Source: an uncultured bacterium
GTDB lineage: Bacteria > CSSED10-310 > CAZUFC01
DNA length: 24,843 nucleotides
Direction: 5' to 3'
NCBI GenBank assembly: GCA_964619725.1
Contig: CAZUFC010000116.1
Coordinates: 1-24,843 of the forward strand
A model generated the notes under the pieces. The model was not told the DNA's origin. It worked only from the letters and a program-made list of their open reading frames with translations, and made no database searches. Positions 19,961-24,843 of the stretch are shown piece after piece; the stretch's first letter is position 1; each line of letters begins with the position of its first letter. The position numbers were made by a program, and so were the translations under genes.

Positions 19961-19983
19961 CACTCTTCTCCCGTCCCCTCTTC

Positions 19984-21153
19984 TCAAGCCTTCACCGTTT
20001 CTATCAGGAGTTCTGCGGCTTTTTCAGCTCCGCCGGCATTGCGGAACGACTCCATAATTTTTTCAGCGTTTTTTTTGTATCGGTCATTTTCGAGGAGCAT
20101 CCTGATTTTTTGGAGGAGCGTTTCAGGTTTAAAACGTTTGAAACGGATTCGTTCTGCGACTCCTGCAGCGACGCATTGAGCGGCTATAGTGGATTGATCG
20201 TCCTTGATGGGGGCGACGATGAGGGGTAAGCCGTGGGCCAGGGATTCACAGACGGTGTTATGACCGGCGTGACAGATGACCAGGTCGACATAAGGGAGGA
20301 GTTCGAGTTGAGGGAGGTCGGGTCGGACGATGAAGCTTTGGGGGATGTCGGGGAAGAATTCTGGCGGAGCGGAGCATACGCATCCGTAGTTTTCATTTTT
20401 CAGGGCCGTATGGACGTTTTTAAAGAAGCCGGCGCCTCTTTGTCTGTTGACGGTTCCGATTGAGATGTAGAGTTTGGGGGAGGGCAGGGAGTGAAATTGA
20501 GTCCAGGGAAAATTGCCGTCACCGGAGCGCGGAGCGATGGAAGGACCGACGAATTTGTAATGTTCCGGATAGGAAGAAACGTCGCCGACAAGCTCTCTGG
20601 TGGAAAAGACGACGGTCAGCAATTCCGAGTTGTCCAGTTTGTTGTCAGCGAATATGCCGTATTTTCGTTGAAGCCGTATGATCTGTTCTTCTTCCCATTG
20701 CGTAATTTTATTGAACCCTTCCATAGGTTCGGATATGCCTGCAGAGGTCGTGCAGAATGTGGCGTATTTGATTTTTTTATTGATTGCGGCGATGAATCCT
20801 GCCCAGGCCTGCTGGTCTGAGATTATCAGGTCCGGCTTAAACGTATCCGCGGCGTTGCAGACGTCGTCGTACATGCCTTCGGCCAAAGGCAGCAGAACCT
20901 CTTCATAGAGGAATTTAAGACTCATAAAACCGCTCACGTTGTCGGCTTTCCTTTTCAATTTTTCGATCTGATGCTTGCCGGCATCTTCCTTAACGGGAAA
21001 AAGGAGTCCTTCTCGGGGAAGCTTGTCCCGGAGCAAAGACCCGGGTCCGACCCAGGCTGCGGGATGCCCTTTTTTTATCAACTCTTCCCCTGCAGCCAGT
21101 GTCGGGTTGATGTGACCGGTAAACGGAGGAACTACGAACAGGAATCTTGCCAT
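19984..21153 (-). CDS. GT1-family (UGT/MGT-like) glycosyltransferase
   Basis: FLFVVPPFTGHINP N-terminus; LYISIGT; PQLELLPYVDLVICHAGHNTVCESLAHGLPLIVAPIKDDQ signature. Confidence 0.93.
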   Translation of the reverse strand: MARFLFVVPPFTGHINPTLAAGEELIKKGHPAAWVGPGSLLRDKLPREGLLFPVKEDAGKHQIEKLKRKADNVSGFMSLKFLYEEVLLPLAEGMYDDVCNAADTFKPDLIISDQQAWAGFIAAINKKIKYATFCTTSAGISEPMEGFNKITQWEEEQIIRLQRKYGIFADNKLDNSELLTVVFSTRELVGDVSSYPEHYKFVGPSIAPRSGDGNFPWTQFHSLPSPKLYISIGTVNRQRGAGFFKNVHTALKNENYGCVCSAPPEFFPDIPQSFIVRPDLPQLELLPYVDLVICHAGHNTVCESLAHGLPLIVAPIKDDQSTIAAQCVAAGVAERIRFKRFKPETLLQKIRMLLENDRYKKNAEKIMESFRNAGGAEKAAELLIETVKA

Positions 21154-21160
21154 TTTAACA

Positions 21161-21934
21161 TCAATGCTCCTTTATCCATTCGCCTGCCTGTCTGCAGAGT
21201 TCTTCGGTAGCTTCCCAGATAACTGAGTGAGTGCATCCCGGGAAGATTCTCAATTCACAGTTCGGCAGCAGGCGTGCCAGGGACCGGCCTTTATCGAGTA
21301 TGTTGGAGTTTTCTCCGTAAATGGCGAGTACCGGGGCATTTATCTTTTTTAATTCGTGGTCGCCGATTATGCGTGAATTTTCCAGCTCCTTCACCATATC
21401 AGTGTTGTAGACGAGATCGGAGGCCGTTTCAGCGAGTCGGTTGCGTTTTCTTTCGCTGTGGCGGCCTGCCCAGTCCTTGAAATATTTTGCTATGGTCAGG
21501 TCTCTTTCAATCCCTTGCAGTTCCAAAGTCGCTTTCATGTCGGCTCCGAATGCTTCGTCGCTCAGGTGCGCATCCACCAAAACCATGCCCCGGATTCTGT
21601 CAGGATATTCGACGGCAAAAGCCAGGTTGAGCAAGCCGCCGAAACTGTTGCCGACCAGGAACACGGGTTCGTCAATTTTCAGAGCGCACAACAGCGCATC
21701 CAGATCAGCCGAAAAATCTTCCACATGATAGCCGTTCTTGGGCCTTGAGGTCTTACCGTGACCTCTCATGTCGTAAAGCAGAACCCGGGCGAAAGAGACG
21801 ATTTTATTTCCCAGGGTAAAATACCAGCTCGACAGATTGTCCATAACCAGGCCGTGATTGAAAACGACAAGTCTATCGCCTTTGCCGATAAGCTGATAAT
21901 GAAACTTGATATTGTTGGTTTCTATGAACGCCAT
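21161..21934 (-). CDS. Alpha/beta-fold hydrolase
   Basis: HG oxyanion motif, YDMRGHGKT, nucleophile elbow GNSFG, C-terminal His in GCTHS. Confidence 0.92.
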   Translation of the reverse strand: MAFIETNNIKFHYQLIGKGDRLVVFNHGLVMDNLSSWYFTLGNKIVSFARVLLYDMRGHGKTSRPKNGYHVEDFSADLDALLCALKIDEPVFLVGNSFGGLLNLAFAVEYPDRIRGMVLVDAHLSDEAFGADMKATLELQGIERDLTIAKYFKDWAGRHSERKRNRLAETASDLVYNTDMVKELENSRIIGDHELKKINAPVLAIYGENSNILDKGRSLARLLPNCELRIFPGCTHSVIWEATEELCRQAGEWIKEH

Positions 21935-22067
21935 ATGATGACCTTTTGAAGTATTTCCATAGTTTTCAAGAATTCAAGCGTTATTGAAGTTGTGTCGTTC
22001 ATTGAAAACGAGCCTTTGAAAGAATCCGCAGGGTTTATCGATGCCCGGTCTGAGATTTGTCTTCCGT

Positions 22068-22832
22068 TCATTGATCCAAAAAGAAGCTGTAAAGCAATTC
22101 ATTCATTTCGTCGGTGCGGCTGATCGGAATGTCATGACCTCCGTCCAGCATTCGCACGTCGGCATGCGGCCACAACGTCGACAGCCGTTCGCAGCCGTTT
22201 ATGCAGATGGAATCCTTGCCGTAGATGATGAGAGTCGGCACGTTTATATTTTTCAAAGCGGCATCGTCTAAATCCGGCTCTTTTTGCAGGTCTTCGACCA
22301 GCGTGCTTTTCCTTGCGAAGAACCGAAGGTCGCTCAGCAACTTCAATGCCTGTCTTTTTCTTTTTCCGATATATTGCTGCATCCTTTCCGGCAGCGCTTT
22401 TTTCATATCCATCAAATCCTGTTTCATAAAGTTCCGTATCTCGGATATGCGTGAAGGCGGCAAGGGCGCTTCGATAAGGCATAGTTTATCGATGGATTCC
22501 GGATACCTCAGCGCGAATTTCATGCTTATCAGTGCGCCGAAACTGTATCCGACCAGGGATACTTTTTGTATATTACGGGCCGAAAGCAGCATTTCCAGGT
22601 CTGAAGTCATCGTATCGAGATCGTATCCTGAGACGGCTCTTTCAGTTTTCCCATGCCCCCTAAGATCATACATGAAGATATGATGCTTTTCAGCCAGTTT
22701 ACGCGCCGAAGTGAAATACCACATGGCCAGGCTTCCCATAAGAAGGCCGTGAATCATGACTATGGTTGATGATCCCTCCGTATTCAATTCCTGGTAATGA
22801 ATTTTTATTCCGTTGACTGTGGCGTAACTCAT
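22068..22832 (-). CDS. Alpha/beta-fold hydrolase (ATG 22832 preferred over TTG 22841)
   Basis: IHGLLMG, YDLRGHGKT, GYSFG, GGHDIP; N-terminus aligns with the neighbouring paralog from the ATG. Confidence 0.9.
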   Translation of the reverse strand: MSYATVNGIKIHYQELNTEGSSTIVMIHGLLMGSLAMWYFTSARKLAEKHHIFMYDLRGHGKTERAVSGYDLDTMTSDLEMLLSARNIQKVSLVGYSFGALISMKFALRYPESIDKLCLIEAPLPPSRISEIRNFMKQDLMDMKKALPERMQQYIGKRKRQALKLLSDLRFFARKSTLVEDLQKEPDLDDAALKNINVPTLIIYGKDSICINGCERLSTLWPHADVRMLDGGHDIPISRTDEMNELLYSFFLDQ

Positions 22833-22949
22833 ACCCTCCAACCTGAACCTGTAAGTATCGGCTTTTACCGGCGATTGCGTTCAATCCGAAATAATTCGAC
22901 ATTCGAACCGGGAGCGAACAGATGTTCATTCGCTGCAAGCGCCGCAGCT

Positions 22950-22978
22950 ATTGTAAAAGGAAGTCGGCTCCTGTGCAA
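22950..22978 (-). promoter_or_regulatory. Putative sigma70-type promoter for the hydrolase-GT-sulfotransferase genes
   Basis: Minus strand TTGCAC-17 bp-TACAAT, ~120 bp upstream of the ATG. Confidence 0.55.
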
Positions 22979-22987
22979 ATTAAAAAT

Positions 22988-23683
22988 GAGGCGGCATTCT
23001 GGGACCGCTGTCATGCAACGAATTTTTTTATCCTCATCATATCGCATTCAGGAGGGATTCCCGACACGGGCGGCCGTCCCATTATCGAAGAATGGTTGAG
23101 CGGCCAATGGGGACCGGAGCCGCTTTTATCGACCCGTTTCTTTTTATATTGCGGCGAACAGGACCAGGAGGGGATAGTCTGTAATAAAATGGAAAACGCC
23201 CGGGATGTAATTGAGCAAACAGGAGGAGAGGTTCTTGAGTTCATCAGGGACCCGGCAAAGGGGCATGGCGGATTCAATCATACTCCGGCTTATCAGCGTG
23301 CAGCCGCTGAAACCTGGTTTGAACAGGAACCTGTTGGAGGCTCGCTCGATGTTGAGCTGTCTTTATCCGATGCGAATTTCACAGAAGGCGATACCTTTAT
23401 TCTTGATATGAACGCATGGCCGCACGGATGGAGCGGAACGGCTGAATTTTATGTTATTCTGGATGTTATGGGCGAATACTGGTATCATCCCGGATGGACT
23501 CAGGAGCCTGACTGTGAAGCGATAAACATAGCCGGACCGCCGGAAAGCCGTATCATTCTGGAGTTTACCTGGCCGGAGAACGCCGGCGAAGCAAGCGGCA
23601 TTTATTTCTGGGCGGGAGCCGTTAATCAGGTTACCGGTGATGTTCTGGGGGAAATAGATTCCGTATGCTTTAATTACCGGTAA
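22988..23683 (+). pseudogene. Probable 5'-truncated hydrolase-like gene with an intact C-terminal beta-rich domain
   Basis: Protein-like only from EAAFWDR (IISHSGG...LYCGEQD...GHGGF). No GxSxG and no signal peptide; the first 22 codons of ORF 22922 overlap the opposite-strand promoter. Confidence 0.55.
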
Positions 23684-23703
23684 CAAGAATGGGATTATCA
23701 AAT

Positions 23704-23732
23704 TTGACTTAACCCGAAGTAATCCTTATAAA
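23704..23732 (+). promoter_or_regulatory. Putative sigma70-type promoter of the collagen-like gene
   Basis: TTGACT-17 bp-TATAAA. Confidence 0.55.
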
Positions 23733-23797
23733 AATATGAAGTGTGGAATTTACTGTTTCAACGGCATTGAAACCAGCCTATAGAAAAGGAGCAGCAG

Positions 23798-24843
23798 ATG
23801 GATGCAAAAAGACTCGTCGTTTGTTTCATAATGATGGTCGCTTCAGCAGGAACGGTTTTCGGAGAAATACCGCATCAGATCATGTACCAGGGACATTTAA
23901 TGAACTCTGATGGAGAACCTCTGGAGGGAACTTACGGTTTCACGTTCAGGATTTATGATGTGGAGGCAGGAGGAACGGCTTTGTGGGAGGAAATTCACAA
24001 CAGCGTAACGGTTACATCCGGAGTATTTCATGAAACGCTGGGAGAAACGATACCCATAGACCCTGGCGTAGTGGATTTCGACGGCAGTTTCTGGCTGGAA
24101 GTTGAGGTAGACGGAGAGATATTGAATCCCAGACAACCGTTAAACAGCGTAGGACAGGCGTTCAGAGCGGGGAATTCTGAAGATGTGTACGATCAGGATA
24201 TTAATCCGAGAAGCATAGCCGTAACAGGTTACGGAACAATAGTAGATGAATATGGACAATGGGTAGGCGATCCGACGGGGTTAACCGGCCCGACGGGACC
24301 GGTTGGGGATACAGGTCCTGTAGGATCGACCGGTCCGAAGGGTGAAACCGGTCCGATAGGTCCGCAAGGCGAAACCGGTCCGATAGGTCCTCAAGGCGAG
24401 ACAGGCCCGATAGGTCCTCAAGGCGAGACAGGCCCGATAGGTCCTCAGGGCGAAACCGGTCCGATAGGTCCTCAAGGCGAGACAGGCCCGATAGGTCCTC
24501 AGGGCGAGACAGGTCCGATAGGTCCTCAAGGCGAGACAGGCCCGATAGGTCCGCAGGGCGAGACAGGCCCGATAGGTCCTCAAGGCGACACGGGTCCGAT
24601 AGGTCCTCAGGGCGAAACCGGTCCGATAGGTTCTCAAGGCGAGACAGGCCCGATAGGTCCGCAGGGTGAAACCGGCCCTCAGGGTGTTCAGGGCGAACAA
24701 GGCGAAACGGGTCCGCAAGGTCCGCCGGGTCCGCAGGGTGAAACGGGTCCGATAGGCCCGCAAGGTGAAACCGGTCCTCAGGGTGTTCAGGGCGAACAAG
24801 GCGAAACGGGTCCGCAAGGTCCGCAAGGTCCGCAGGGTGAAAC
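23798..24843 (+). CDS. Secreted collagen-like fibre protein, partial (runs off the window)
   Basis: [31 protein letters not shown] signal; [11 protein letters not shown]...FRIYD...LWEE...GVF...LG domain; continuous Gly-X-Y from 24278; no stop codon. Confidence 0.92.
   Translation, partial: MDAKRLVVCFIMMVASAGTVFGEIPHQIMYQGHLMNSDGEPLEGTYGFTFRIYDVEAGGTALWEEIHNSVTVTSGVFHETLGETIPIDPGVVDFDGSFWLEVEVDGEILNPRQPLNSVGQAFRAGNSEDVYDQDINPRSIAVTGYGTIVDEYGQWVGDPTGLTGPTGPVGDTGPVGSTGPKGETGPIGPQGETGPIGPQGETGPIGPQGETGPIGPQGETGPIGPQGETGPIGPQGETGPIGPQGETGPIGPQGETGPIGPQGDTGPIGPQGETGPIGSQGETGPIGPQGETGPQGVQGEQGETGPQGPPGPQGETGPIGPQGETGPQGVQGEQGETGPQGPQGPQGE
24341..24843 (+). repeat. Coding tandem repeats: 12 x 27 bp (GETGPIGPQ), then 99-bp period units
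   Basis: 27-bp units span 24341-24664; longer units start at 24665 and 24764. Confidence 0.9.

Noticed and set aside
22865-23047. 60-aa minus ORF as an upstream operon gene such as an ACP
   Set aside because: No ACP serine motif; it overlaps the putative promoter and the plus-strand remnant.
24281-24826. 181-aa minus-strand Arg/Thr/Leu repeat ORF
   Set aside because: Antisense shadow of the collagen repeats; the plus frame has an RBS, a signal peptide and Gly-X-Y.

Overview
Bacterial genomic window dominated by large secreted or surface proteins and repeat-rich intergenic DNA. Plus strand: an 803-aa secreted protein (PT linkers, two CBM-like domains, dockerin-like pair); a 1092-aa TPR-CHAT caspase-like protease; a 3052-aa multidomain surface protein (YetA/PL26-like lyase, Ca-binding Asp repeats, duplicated beta-helix modules, lamin-tail-like domain, propeller, IPTL-CTERM anchor); a 5'-truncated hydrolase remnant; and a collagen-like fibre gene running off the right end, which is absent from the ORF track. 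Minus strand: a probable operon of two alpha/beta hydrolases, a GT1 glycosyltransferase and a sulfotransferase. Non-coding DNA holds two MITE-like repeat families, REP-like hairpins, and a ~145-bp colinear conserved element upstream of both large secreted-protein genes. No rRNA, tRNA, CRISPR array or transposase was seen. All domain calls are by-eye motif recognition, not database hits.
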